From positions 416,001 through 480,000 of the forward strand of contig CALSNU010000006.1 of NCBI GenBank assembly GCA_943787795.1: DNA of 64,000 bases, in the 5' to 3' direction. Of the stretch, positions 10,201 through 18,689 are shown one piece after another (positions within the stretch are counted from its first letter, which is position 1; each line of letters starts with the position of its first letter). The position numbers and the translations under genes were made by a program. The DNA comes from an uncultured bacterium. Lineage in GTDB: Bacteria; Planctomycetota; UBA1135; GCA-002686595. The notes beneath the pieces were generated by a model that was not told the origin of the DNA, did not search any database, and saw only the letters and a program-made list of their open reading frames with translations.

Positions 10201-10430
10201 TCGAGACCATCGAGGGCGTCCTCGATGGGCGCAGTCACGAGGCGCTCGACGTCCACTGGAGATGCACCGGGGTACACCGAGAACACCTCCACGGCCTCCA
10301 GGGAGAAGTCCGGGAAGACCTCGCGGGGCATCCCCCGATACACAACGAACCCGCTGACGATCAGCGCGATCATCGCCAGGTTTGCGCCCACCGGCCCGCG
10401 CACGGCCAGGCTGGCCAGCCAGCGGATCAT
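7209..10430 (-). CDS. RND efflux transporter permease subunit
   Basis: 1073 aa with PREVFP, GMIVDDAIVVGEN, GVVVNDSLILVD and RFRPIVLTSVTT. Confidence 0.92.
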   Translation of the reverse strand: MIRWLASLAVRGPVGANLAMIALIVSGFVVYRGMPREVFPDFSLEAVEVFSVYPGASPVDVERLVTAPIEDALDGLEGVDEMRSVSREGVSRVNLTLADGASISKVLSDARDRVRGGDVSLPGDVEDPLLFEVENRFPVIAVFIYGSADDLVLKRVAEEEARALEALPGVSSVVSTGLIEPQIWVEVVPEELDRHGLTLDVVEAAIRGRLAEAPLGSLEVDERQRLLRVGGDVQWGRDLEALPVASSPGGATVTLGRIARLTEASSRGSSRGRFNGHPCVHMQVNKDEGADAIDVARTVLDHVGGRSDSMQPGVAIGTNSDLSIYVRNRLRTMYESGLVGAGLVLLALLLFLSPRVALVTALGIPLAFLGGILVSGAVGVTMNMITMFALIVVLGMIVDDAIVVGENVYRRMEEGDSPEVAAVEGTAEVGRAVIATIMTSIAAFLPILLLPGSTGMFLRPLPIVVTACLVVSLVEAFTILPSHLAHWTSKRAVARMQAQIRSGGGSVRRWYSPLQDAYTRLLAGALRWRYATLSFALAVGAVVGAVGVTRIPFVLFDQFESQLFFVSLRLDPSANLDDTEELCQAVEGMVDKSGAGEVLSKHTLLGVAASKVSEFEIGPHLGQVWVELREGEGRTRTTAEIIEALRAELAALPALVESYEIGQPQTGPAGRAVEVALSGPDLDRLRVRADELAVRLGRFAGVRDVRTDLDSGKGRVELVPNEQGRLAGLTEAGLAMELRAAFEGREVASLRRGPDEVEVVLKYPESERSVVGALERMEVTLPARGGGPAQRVPLRTVADAEIGRGPSSVGHEDRVRAVVVSADVEETEGNSARILRTLGVELAADESMGPGESFKLRGQADETAKSMAGLWSAALLSGLLIYLILGTLFQSFLQPMVIMFIIPFAGVGMVLGHAIMDRSITLMSLIGLLALAGVVVNDSLILVDFIGQRRRRGVPMLEAVKDSGRLRFRPIVLTSVTTMLGLLPLTFFVSGQARFLQPMAISIFFGLAVATVLILILVPAAYVVLEDLISVGRRLFLRGGRAEAGGSGERPQGPGPEDSPEDAPVGAPALDRA

Positions 10431-11797
10431 CGGGCCTTGCCCCCAAGATCCCCGGAGCCTCCAGAGCCCATCGGGCCCCCGGAGCTGTCGAATGCCCCGG
10501 CGCCCTCCGACGCCGAGCCGGCGCCCTGGTCCGCCCTGACGATCTGCACGAGCGCGCCGTCACCCACCAACTGGATCGAGGAGGCCACGACCCGGTCACC
10601 GGCTTCGAGTCCAGCCCGGATCACCCGCCCTCCGTCGTACCCCCCAGGAGCGAGCGTAAGGGCGCGCTCCTCCACCCGCGCGGTTCCCTCTGGGTAGGCC
10701 CCAACAAGGACGTACGCCACGGGGCCGCCGCCGCGAAAGGCGATGCAGCGCTCGTCCAGCCAGATCGCATCCGGCAGAGGGGCGCCGCGCAGGGTCACCC
10801 CCGCTGCCGAGCCCGAGGGCAGGCCCTCCGCACCGTCAAACAGCGCCTCGACGACGACCGACCGGGTGATGGGCTGAACCTCGGCCCCCACGGCGGTGAC
10901 CGTCCCCTGGAGGATCAACCCGGGCCGGGACAGCGGCGCCGCCGTGGCCTCGGAGCCCGGTCCGACCGAGGCCACATCGTCCTCGTGGACCTCGGCGACG
11001 AGCCTCAGGCTCCCCACGTCCACCAACGTCCCGACCGGGACTCCCGGTGCTAACACCTGCCCGACCTCGGGCGGCGTCCCTCCCGGCACCCCGGGGACGA
11101 ACCGGCCCTCGAAGGGGGCCCGAACCGTGCACCGATCGAGCCGCGACTCCAGCAGGGCCAACTGCTCCGACCCGAGCTGGACCTCCAGCCCCCCTGCCGT
11201 CACGGCGGCGCCAGCGGCCTCGAGGCGCGCGCGCCCCTCCTCCACGGACCCCGCCGCCGCCAACGTCTGCTTCCGCGCGAGGTCATAGCGGGCCTGCTCC
11301 ACGCCGCTACCCTCCACAAGAGCCTTCCAGCGCTGCTCCTCGGAGCGGAGCAGCTCCAGCGTCTCCTCGGCCAGGCGCAACGCGGCCTCGGCGCGGGCCC
11401 GGTCGCTGCGGGCGGCCTCAGCCCCCGCCTCGGCCAGCTGAATGGCGGTCCGCTGGGCCATGATCTGAAGCTCGACCTCCTCGCTGGCCACCCGGAGCAG
11501 GAGAGCCCCCTCGGGGATCCGCTGGCCAGGGCGCAGCGAGGGGTGGAGCGCGGCAATCCGCCCCCCCAGCTCGCTGGAGACCAGGAATCGGCGGGAGGCC
11601 GAGAGCGTCCCCTGGAGCTCGACGGTGCGGGGAACCGGGCCCCGGATCACGTCCACGAACTCCACCGGAACGGGCCGTGGGCCCGGAAGCTCCCGCTCCG
11701 GGGCTGCGGGACGGCCCTGGACGATCTTGAGGGCGGTCCAGCCGCCGGCGGCCACCAGGGCGACCGCGATGAGGATCTGGGTGAGGGTTCGAAGCAT
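10427..11797 (-). CDS. RND efflux periplasmic adaptor (MFP) subunit
   Basis: N-terminal anchor, coiled-coil hairpin, VRAPFEG and GLEAGDRVV. Overlaps the permease start by 4 nt. Confidence 0.85.
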   Translation of the reverse strand: MLRTLTQILIAVALVAAGGWTALKIVQGRPAAPERELPGPRPVPVEFVDVIRGPVPRTVELQGTLSASRRFLVSSELGGRIAALHPSLRPGQRIPEGALLLRVASEEVELQIMAQRTAIQLAEAGAEAARSDRARAEAALRLAEETLELLRSEEQRWKALVEGSGVEQARYDLARKQTLAAAGSVEEGRARLEAAGAAVTAGGLEVQLGSEQLALLESRLDRCTVRAPFEGRFVPGVPGGTPPEVGQVLAPGVPVGTLVDVGSLRLVAEVHEDDVASVGPGSEATAAPLSRPGLILQGTVTAVGAEVQPITRSVVVEALFDGAEGLPSGSAAGVTLRGAPLPDAIWLDERCIAFRGGGPVAYVLVGAYPEGTARVEERALTLAPGGYDGGRVIRAGLEAGDRVVASSIQLVGDGALVQIVRADQGAGSASEGAGAFDSSGGPMGSGGSGDLGGKAR

Positions 11798-11962
11798 GGG
11801 TCAGGTACGGGTTCCTTCGGCGCTACTGGACTCAGCGACGCGCGACGGTTCCAATCTTCGCCCCGATCTTCTCGTCTCGGGCCCCCCTGGGCCCAGATCT
11901 CACCCGGTGGCCCCTGGGCCGCCATCAACTCCAGACGACGCCCTCGAAGGGCCCCGACTGTC

Positions 11963-13255
11963 TTGCAGCTCGAAGTCGACACCTCCACCGCGGCCACCGC
12001 CAAGGTCGCCATCACCGTCCCCTCCGACGAGTTCCAGCAGGAGGTCCAGAGTGGTCTTCGCAACGCCTCGCAGCATGTGAACATGAAGGGCTTCCGCCCG
12101 GGGAAGGTCCCCATGGCGGTGCTCGAGAAGAAGTTCGGCGACGGCATCCGCCGCGAGGTGAAGGAGTCCTTCGTGCAGCGCGGCTACGGCCAGGCCATGG
12201 AGGAGCATGGGCTCAAGCCCATGGCGCACCCCCGGCTCAACCCCGCCGAGCTCGACCTCGCCGACGACGGATCCTTCGTGGTGGAGTTCGAGGTGCCCCT
12301 GCGGCCGGACTTCGACCTGCCCGACTACAAGGGCCTCTCGATCACCAGCGAGCTGGAGCCCGTCATGGATGAGCAGATCGACACCACGATCGGCGAGATC
12401 CGGGAGCAGCAGTCCACCCCCGAGGCGGCCGGCGACGATGGCATCGACGAGAAGGGCTTCGTCATCGGCAACCTCTCCTTCATGGAGGGTGAAGAGAAGG
12501 TCTTCGACCGCGAGGGCATGCGCCTGAACGCCATGAGCGTGCCCCCCGGCGTCGACGGTGAGGCCTTCGCAGAGGGTCTCAAGGGCGCCAAGGAAGGCGA
12601 TCAGTTGACCTTCCCGATGACCATCCCGGACTTCGTCGAGAACGAGGAGGCCCGCGGCAAGGAGGGCACCTGCATGCTCGACGTCCAGCAGGCCATGAAC
12701 CTCACCCCGCCGTCCGATGAGGACCTGTTCGCCATCCTCGGCGATGAGGTCAGCGACATGGACGGGCTGCGGGCCTTCGTGTCGGCGCGCCTCGGCGAGG
12801 GCGCCGAGGAGCGCGAGAACAACCGTCAGGAGTCCGCGCTCCTCGACCAGGTGCTCGAGCAGTGCCAGTTCGATCTGCCCCAGGCCATGCTCGAGCAGCA
12901 GATCCAGGCGCGCCTCAACCAGCTCGCCCAGGAGCTTGCCGGTAACGGCACGTCCGAGGAGGACGTCCAGAAGGCCCAGGAAGAGCAGCGTCCCACCGCC
13001 GAGGCCGAAGCCGCCAAGGGCATGCGAGCCCTGCTGGTGGTCGAGTCCATTGGCGAGAAGGAGGAGCTCCTGGTGACCAACCCGGACCTCGAGACGGAGC
13101 TGGCGGCTATCGCGGGCCGAAACCAGACCACCATCGAGGAGGTCAAGGAGTACTACGAGCAGAACAACCTCGGCCAGCAGCTGGCGATCGAGATCCTGGA
13201 GAAGAAGGTGCGCAGGTTCCTCCGGGAGAGCGCCGATATCCAGAGTCCGGCCTGA
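11963..13255 (+). CDS. tig: Trigger factor
   Basis: GFRPGKVP ribosome-binding motif; lies upstream of clpP. Probable TTG start at 11963. Confidence 0.92.
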   Translation: MQLEVDTSTAATAKVAITVPSDEFQQEVQSGLRNASQHVNMKGFRPGKVPMAVLEKKFGDGIRREVKESFVQRGYGQAMEEHGLKPMAHPRLNPAELDLADDGSFVVEFEVPLRPDFDLPDYKGLSITSELEPVMDEQIDTTIGEIREQQSTPEAAGDDGIDEKGFVIGNLSFMEGEEKVFDREGMRLNAMSVPPGVDGEAFAEGLKGAKEGDQLTFPMTIPDFVENEEARGKEGTCMLDVQQAMNLTPPSDEDLFAILGDEVSDMDGLRAFVSARLGEGAEERENNRQESALLDQVLEQCQFDLPQAMLEQQIQARLNQLAQELAGNGTSEEDVQKAQEEQRPTAEAEAAKGMRALLVVESIGEKEELLVTNPDLETELAAIAGRNQTTIEEVKEYYEQNNLGQQLAIEILEKKVRRFLRESADIQSPA

Positions 13256-13365
13256 GCGTCCGGGCGCCCGAGCGGCGTCCGATCCGTGGCTCCTCAAGCG
13301 AGGGGCCAGGGCCCACCCACCATCTTCGCTTGAATCTGCGCCCCCCAACCTCTAGAGAAGGCGTC

Positions 13366-13989
13366 ATGCAGAACTACTACCCGGTCCCGTTTGTCATCGA
13401 GAAGACCGGTCGAGGCGAGCGGCAGTACGACATTTACTCCCGCCTCCTCGAGGATCGAATCATCTTCCTCGGCACCGCCATTGACGACAACGTCGCCAAC
13501 GCGGTCATGGCCCAGCTGCTCTTCCTAGACAAGACCGGCCGGAACCAGGACATCAAGATGTACATCAACTCGCCCGGCGGTTCCGTGACCGCGGGCCTGG
13601 CGATCTACGACACGATGCAACTGGTCGAGCCCAGCATCCAGACCTACTGCCTCGGGCAGGCGGCCTCCATGGGTGCGGTGCTCCTCTCCGGCGGCGCCAA
13701 GGGCAAGCGCTTCGCGCTCCCGCACAGTCGCGTCATGATCCACCAGCCCCACGGCGGGATGGGCGGCACCGCGCTCGACATGGAGATCCAGGTGCAGGAG
13801 ATCCTCAAGATGAAGAAGCAGCTTGAGGGCATCATGGCCCATCACGCAGGGCGCAGCGCCGAGGACCTCTCTGAGGCCTGCGAGCGAGACAACTTCATGT
13901 CTCCAGAAGAGGCAAAGGACTTCGGGCTCATCGACCACATCGTCGCCCGCGTCGAGGACGGCCCCGAGGCCACCTCTACCGAGGAATGA
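13366..13989 (+). CDS. clpP: ATP-dependent Clp protease proteolytic subunit
   Basis: [36 protein letters not shown]. Confidence 0.97.
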   Translation: MQNYYPVPFVIEKTGRGERQYDIYSRLLEDRIIFLGTAIDDNVANAVMAQLLFLDKTGRNQDIKMYINSPGGSVTAGLAIYDTMQLVEPSIQTYCLGQAASMGAVLLSGGAKGKRFALPHSRVMIHQPHGGMGGTALDMEIQVQEILKMKKQLEGIMAHHAGRSAEDLSEACERDNFMSPEEAKDFGLIDHIVARVEDGPEATSTEE

Positions 13990-14175
13990 GCGAGGGGCGC
14001 TGATTCAAAACGGCGCCCTTTCCCAACCGAATTTGCCCATCGCGGGAATCGCTGAACTCACGCAGGGACGCGGTCACCTGAAACGCCGATCTAACCGGGA
14101 GCGCGCGGCACTCGCCGCCGCTCCCTTTCTCATGTTGGTCCTGTTCGCATCCACGCAGGGCAATAGACTTCGTTC

Positions 14176-15660
14176 ATGAGTTCTTCACGACGCACCGGCC
14201 GCCAGGTCGAACGCTGCACCTTCTGCGAGAAGCCCCGTCACCAGGTCACCTCGTTGATCGCGGGCCCGCCGGGGGTCTACATCTGCAATGAGTGCATCGA
14301 GATCTGTAACTCGATCCTGCAGGAGGAGCAGCGCCGTAACCCCGCTTCGGGCGAAGCGGCCGAGACACCCGCGGCGCCGGCCACAGCCGCGGCTTCCGGC
14401 GGAGCGCTCGACCGAGACCGCCTGCCCACCCCGATCGAGATCGCGCGCAGCCTCGACGAGTACGTCGTGGGTCAACACCGTGCGAAGAAGGTCCTCTCCG
14501 TCGCGGTCTATAACCACTACAACCGTCTCCAGCGCCAGGGCCAGGTCGACAACTCGGCCACCGCCGATGTGGAGATCGAGAAGTCCAACGTCCTGCTTGT
14601 GGGCCCCACGGGGTCGGGCAAGACCCTGCTCGCCAGGACGATGGCGCGCATGCTGGACGTCCCCTTCGCCATGGCCGACGCCACGACGCTCACCGAGGCG
14701 GGCTACGTCGGCGAGGACGTTGAGAACATCCTGCTGAAGCTCCTTCAGTCCGCCGACTTCGACGTGGAGCGCGCCCAGCAGGGCATCATCTACATCGACG
14801 AGATCGACAAGATCGGCCGCACGACGGGGAACGTCTCTATTACCCGGGACGTCTCCGGCGAGGGCGTGCAGCAGGCGCTGCTGAAGATCCTGGAGGGCAC
14901 GGTCGCCAGCGTCCCGCCCCAGGGCGGACGCAAGCACCCCGAGCAGTCCTACATCCAACTCGACACCGCGAACATCTTGTTCGTCGTCGGGGGCACGTTC
15001 TCCGGGGTCGAAGAGATCATCGGCCGCCGAGTGGGCCAGTCGGTCATTGGCTTCGGCCGTGAGCAGCTCTCGGATAGCGCGCTCGAGGACGCCCGCAAGA
15101 AGTCGGTCGCCCCCATGGCGCCGGCCAACCTGCCGTCCTTCGACGAGTATGGGGCCCGGGACGAGTACGTCCGGTTCCTCCTGCCGAAGGACCTGATGGA
15201 GTTCGGCCTGATCCCCGAATTCATCGGGCGCCTGCCGATCATCGCCACCCTGGACACCCTCCGCCGGGAGGAGCTTGTCCGGATCCTGGTCGAGCCGAAG
15301 AACGCCCTGGTGCGCCAGTACCAGAAGCACTTCGAGATCAACGGCAAGGAGCTGGTCTTCGACGAGTCCGGCCTCAAGGCCATCGCCGACCTCGCCATCG
15401 AGCGCGAGACCGGGGTGCGTGCCCTGCGCTCGATCCTGGAATCGTTGCTGCTGGACCTTCAATACGAGCTCCCCTGCCGCAAGGACACCGACACCTTCAC
15501 GGTCAATGAGGGGGTCGTCCGGGGTGAGATCCAGCTCGCGCGAGGCCTGACCTCGGCTGATGTGGATGCCGAGGACGAGCTCGAGAAGCCGGCCGAGGAG
15601 CCGGCTGCGACCGACGATGAGGGCGACGGCGAGGCCGCGCCCGAGCGCGAGAGCGCCTGA
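14176..15660 (+). CDS. clpX: ATP-dependent Clp protease ATP-binding subunit
   Basis: N-terminal Zn finger (CTFC..CNEC), [38 protein letters not shown] loop. Confidence 0.97.
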   Translation: MSSSRRTGRQVERCTFCEKPRHQVTSLIAGPPGVYICNECIEICNSILQEEQRRNPASGEAAETPAAPATAAASGGALDRDRLPTPIEIARSLDEYVVGQHRAKKVLSVAVYNHYNRLQRQGQVDNSATADVEIEKSNVLLVGPTGSGKTLLARTMARMLDVPFAMADATTLTEAGYVGEDVENILLKLLQSADFDVERAQQGIIYIDEIDKIGRTTGNVSITRDVSGEGVQQALLKILEGTVASVPPQGGRKHPEQSYIQLDTANILFVVGGTFSGVEEIIGRRVGQSVIGFGREQLSDSALEDARKKSVAPMAPANLPSFDEYGARDEYVRFLLPKDLMEFGLIPEFIGRLPIIATLDTLRREELVRILVEPKNALVRQYQKHFEINGKELVFDESGLKAIADLAIERETGVRALRSILESLLLDLQYELPCRKDTDTFTVNEGVVRGEIQLARGLTSADVDAEDELEKPAEEPAATDDEGDGEAAPERESA

Positions 15661-15760
15661 GCCCGGCGCGCCCCCTAGCGGGCGTGAGTTCGCGGAGTTG
15701 GCCAGAAGCTGCGCCCCGATGGGGCACAGCCCGGCCTCCGTTGTCGCTATGATCCGCCCC

Positions 15761-16717
15761 ATGAATGGCGGGACAGGAGAGCAGCTGAGGATCAGGTATC
15801 ACCGGGACTTCGACGGGATGGTGTCGGGCGCCGTCCTCGCGCACATCCTGATGGAGCAGGGCGAGAAGCCCCTCCTGAAGAGCGTCAACTACGACGAGCG
15901 CTCGGGCTGGGAGACCTTTGAGGAGGGCAAGCGCTTCGCGCTGGTGGACTTCCACTTCCACCCGCGAGCCGAATACTGGTTCGACCATCACCCCACCACC
16001 TTCCTGACCGAAGAGCTCCGGGCCCAATACGCACCCTCCGCGCGGTGGAGCTGGGATGAGACGTCCCCCTCCTGTCCGCCGCTCATCATCCGGCACGCCC
16101 AGGAACACTTCGGCTACCAGCCGCCGGACCGGTTCATGGAAGCGGCCCACTGGTCCGACATCATCGACGCCGCGCGCTTCGAGAGCGTGGACCAAGCGAT
16201 CTTCGGAGAGGACCCTGCCCTGCGCTTGATGCGCGCCCTCACGGCGTCCCCCAGCCCGTCATGGGTGGACGAGCTCGGCACGGCCCTGATCACCGAGACC
16301 CTGAGCGACGTGGCCCTGCGGCCGGACGTCGAGAAGGTCTACGGGCGCGCAGCGCGGAACCGCGACAAGGCCCTCGATCAATTCCCGCCCACCGTGCTCT
16401 GGAACAAGGGTGGCGTGCTCTTCTACGACGCCGCCTCCTCCAAGATCCGGCGCGAGCGCTTCGCGCCCTTCTACCACCACCCCGACGTCTCCTACGCGGT
16501 GGGCGTCATCCCGACCCGCGCGGGGTTCCACATCACCTGCGGCGAGAACCCGTGGAATCAGCCCACCAACGGGGTGCACGTCGGCGAGATGATGGAGGAG
16601 TATGGCGGCGGAGGACACCGCGCCGTGGGCGGCGCCAACCCGCCCTCCCTGGCCGAGGCCAAGCGCCTCGGTGAGGAGTTTGCGGTACGCATCAAGGACC
16701 ACCTCGCTCGCGCTTAG
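15761..16717 (+). CDS. DHH-family phosphoesterase-like protein
   Basis: YHRDFDG, VDF, FDHH and GGGGHRAVGG motifs. Confidence 0.75.
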   Translation: MNGGTGEQLRIRYHRDFDGMVSGAVLAHILMEQGEKPLLKSVNYDERSGWETFEEGKRFALVDFHFHPRAEYWFDHHPTTFLTEELRAQYAPSARWSWDETSPSCPPLIIRHAQEHFGYQPPDRFMEAAHWSDIIDAARFESVDQAIFGEDPALRLMRALTASPSPSWVDELGTALITETLSDVALRPDVEKVYGRAARNRDKALDQFPPTVLWNKGGVLFYDAASSKIRRERFAPFYHHPDVSYAVGVIPTRAGFHITCGENPWNQPTNGVHVGEMMEEYGGGGHRAVGGANPPSLAEAKRLGEEFAVRIKDHLARA

Positions 16718-16724
16718 GCCCGCC

Positions 16725-17792
16725 GTGGAAGCCGCCCCGCCCGAAGTCCCCCGGTCCCTGCTCGAGGCCGACCTCCCGACGCTGCGCTCCTTCATCGTGG
16801 CGCGCGGCGGCAAGCCCTTCCACGCCAAGGTCCTGCGCCGGGCGGTGCTCGAGCGAGGCGTCCTGGCCTACGAAAGGATCACGGACCTCCCGGCCGGACT
16901 GCGCGCGATCCTCGAGGAGGAGCTCCCGATCTTCTCGGGACGCCTCGTGGATGAGCGGACCGCCGCAGACGGGACCCACAAGCTCCTGATCGAGTTCCCT
17001 GGGCGCGGAGAGAGTGAGACCCCGATCTCGGTGGAGACGGTCCATATTCCTCCGGCGCGACCCGAGCGAGACCCCAACAAGGGGGCCACCCTTTGCGTCT
17101 CCAGCCAGGCCGGCTGCCCGGTGGCGTGCCCCTTCTGCGCCTCGGGCCTCCTCGGTCTGGCCCGGAACCTCCGGGCCCATGAGATCGTGGAGCAGTACGT
17201 CCGAGGCCGCGCGCTCGGCCCGCTGTCGCGCTCGGTCGTCATGGGCATCGGCGAGCCCCTCTTGAACTACGCCCAGCTCTCCGCCGCCCTCGACACGGTG
17301 CGTGACGAGATGGGCCTGGGAGGCCGCAAGCTGACGGTCTCCACGGTCGGGTTTCCTGATCGCCTCAGGCGCCTGGCGCCGGACAAGCCGCGCTTCCAGC
17401 TGGCCATCTCACTGCACACGCCCGACCAGGAGCAGCGGGACCGCCTCGTCCCGGCCATGGCGGGGGTCCCCATCGAGGAGGTGCTCGCCGCCGGCGACGA
17501 CTGGTTCGAGAAGACCGGCCGCGAGGTGACCTACGAATACGTGCTGCTGGGAGGGGAGAACGACTCCGAGGGACACGCCCTCCGGCTCCGGGAACGCCTG
17601 AGCGGACGGCGCTGCAGCGTGAACCTGATCCCCTACAACCCGACCCCCGAGCTCCCCTTCTATCGACCCGAGAGCGGCTCCCCCGAGTACTTCCGGGACG
17701 TGCTCGTGGACGGAGGGCTGACCGCCACCATCCGCTGGTCACGTGGCCTCGAGGGCGCCGCGGCCTGCGGGCAGCTACGCCTCGTGCGCTGA
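16725..17792 (+). CDS. rlmN: Radical SAM RNA methyltransferase RlmN
   Basis: CVSSQAGCPVACPFC, MGIGEP, ISLH, TYEYVL, VNLIPYN, AACGQL. GTG start inferred. Confidence 0.88.
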   Translation: MEAAPPEVPRSLLEADLPTLRSFIVARGGKPFHAKVLRRAVLERGVLAYERITDLPAGLRAILEEELPIFSGRLVDERTAADGTHKLLIEFPGRGESETPISVETVHIPPARPERDPNKGATLCVSSQAGCPVACPFCASGLLGLARNLRAHEIVEQYVRGRALGPLSRSVVMGIGEPLLNYAQLSAALDTVRDEMGLGGRKLTVSTVGFPDRLRRLAPDKPRFQLAISLHTPDQEQRDRLVPAMAGVPIEEVLAAGDDWFEKTGREVTYEYVLLGGENDSEGHALRLRERLSGRRCSVNLIPYNPTPELPFYRPESGSPEYFRDVLVDGGLTATIRWSRGLEGAAACGQLRLVR

Positions 17793-18689
17793 ACGCGCCA
17801 CGCCGAGCGCCGAGACCACCGCGCGGGCCAGGTCCTGCGCAGCGCCCGGTCGGGCCCTGAGGAACAGCTCCGGCTCGATGAGCTCCAGCTCCATCAGGTA
17901 GGGCCGGCCATCGGACGCCTCGACGAGGTCGACCCGCGCATAGACCAGGCCGGCGCTCCCCGGGGTCGCGCGCAGGATCTGCTCCGCCTCCTCGCGTAGC
18001 GCGGCCGGCGGCTCCAGGACCTCGACCGACCCCCCGTGCTCCTCCTGCACCCTGAAGTCCCCGGGGGAGGAGCGCTTCAGCACGGCGTGGGAGTAACTGC
18101 CCGCGAAGTAAGTCAGGGACCACTCGCCGGCCTGCGGCAGCTCATCCACGAACGCTTGGACGAGAAAGTCCCCCCCGTTTTCGGCGGCCACTTCGGCGGG
18201 GATCCCGGCGCCCCGCTCGAGCACCGCTGTCCGCCATGCGCCGCCGGAGACCGTCGGCTTGAGGACGCCCCGGGCCGCCCCGATGCGCTCGAGGACGGCG
18301 TCCGCCCCGGTCCCCGTCTCCGTGGCGGCTCCCAGCTCGGTCGCCGTGACGAGCGCCGTCGCGGGGATCCGCGCCGCCCCCTCGCCGGCCAGCTCGAGCA
18401 GGTATCGCTTGTCGTGGTTCCAGCGCAGGACCTCAGGGGGATTGAGCACCGCCCCATCAAATTCCTCTGCCCACCGGAGGAACCGCTCCGGGTCCATGAA
18501 GTACTCCCAGGGCGATCGAACGAGCGCGCCGACGCAGCGAGGCACGGGGGGCGGCGAGCCCCAAGGCAGGACCACAACCTCCACGCCCCGCTCGGCGAAG
18601 GCCCCGGGCAGGCCCGCGTCGTCCGGCTGGAGCTCGGGCATCGCAGGGTCGGTGATGAGCGCGACGCGCGGCTGTCGGGGAGTCGCCAT
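17775..18689 (-). CDS. ATP-grasp ligase (RimK / glutathione-synthetase-like)
   Basis: WNHDKRYL, VLKPTVSGGA, DFRVQEEHGG, YARVDLV, LMELELIEP. Confidence 0.8.
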   Translation of the reverse strand: MATPRQPRVALITDPAMPELQPDDAGLPGAFAERGVEVVVLPWGSPPPVPRCVGALVRSPWEYFMDPERFLRWAEEFDGAVLNPPEVLRWNHDKRYLLELAGEGAARIPATALVTATELGAATETGTGADAVLERIGAARGVLKPTVSGGAWRTAVLERGAGIPAEVAAENGGDFLVQAFVDELPQAGEWSLTYFAGSYSHAVLKRSSPGDFRVQEEHGGSVEVLEPPAALREEAEQILRATPGSAGLVYARVDLVEASDGRPYLMELELIEPELFLRARPGAAQDLARAVVSALGVARSAHEA

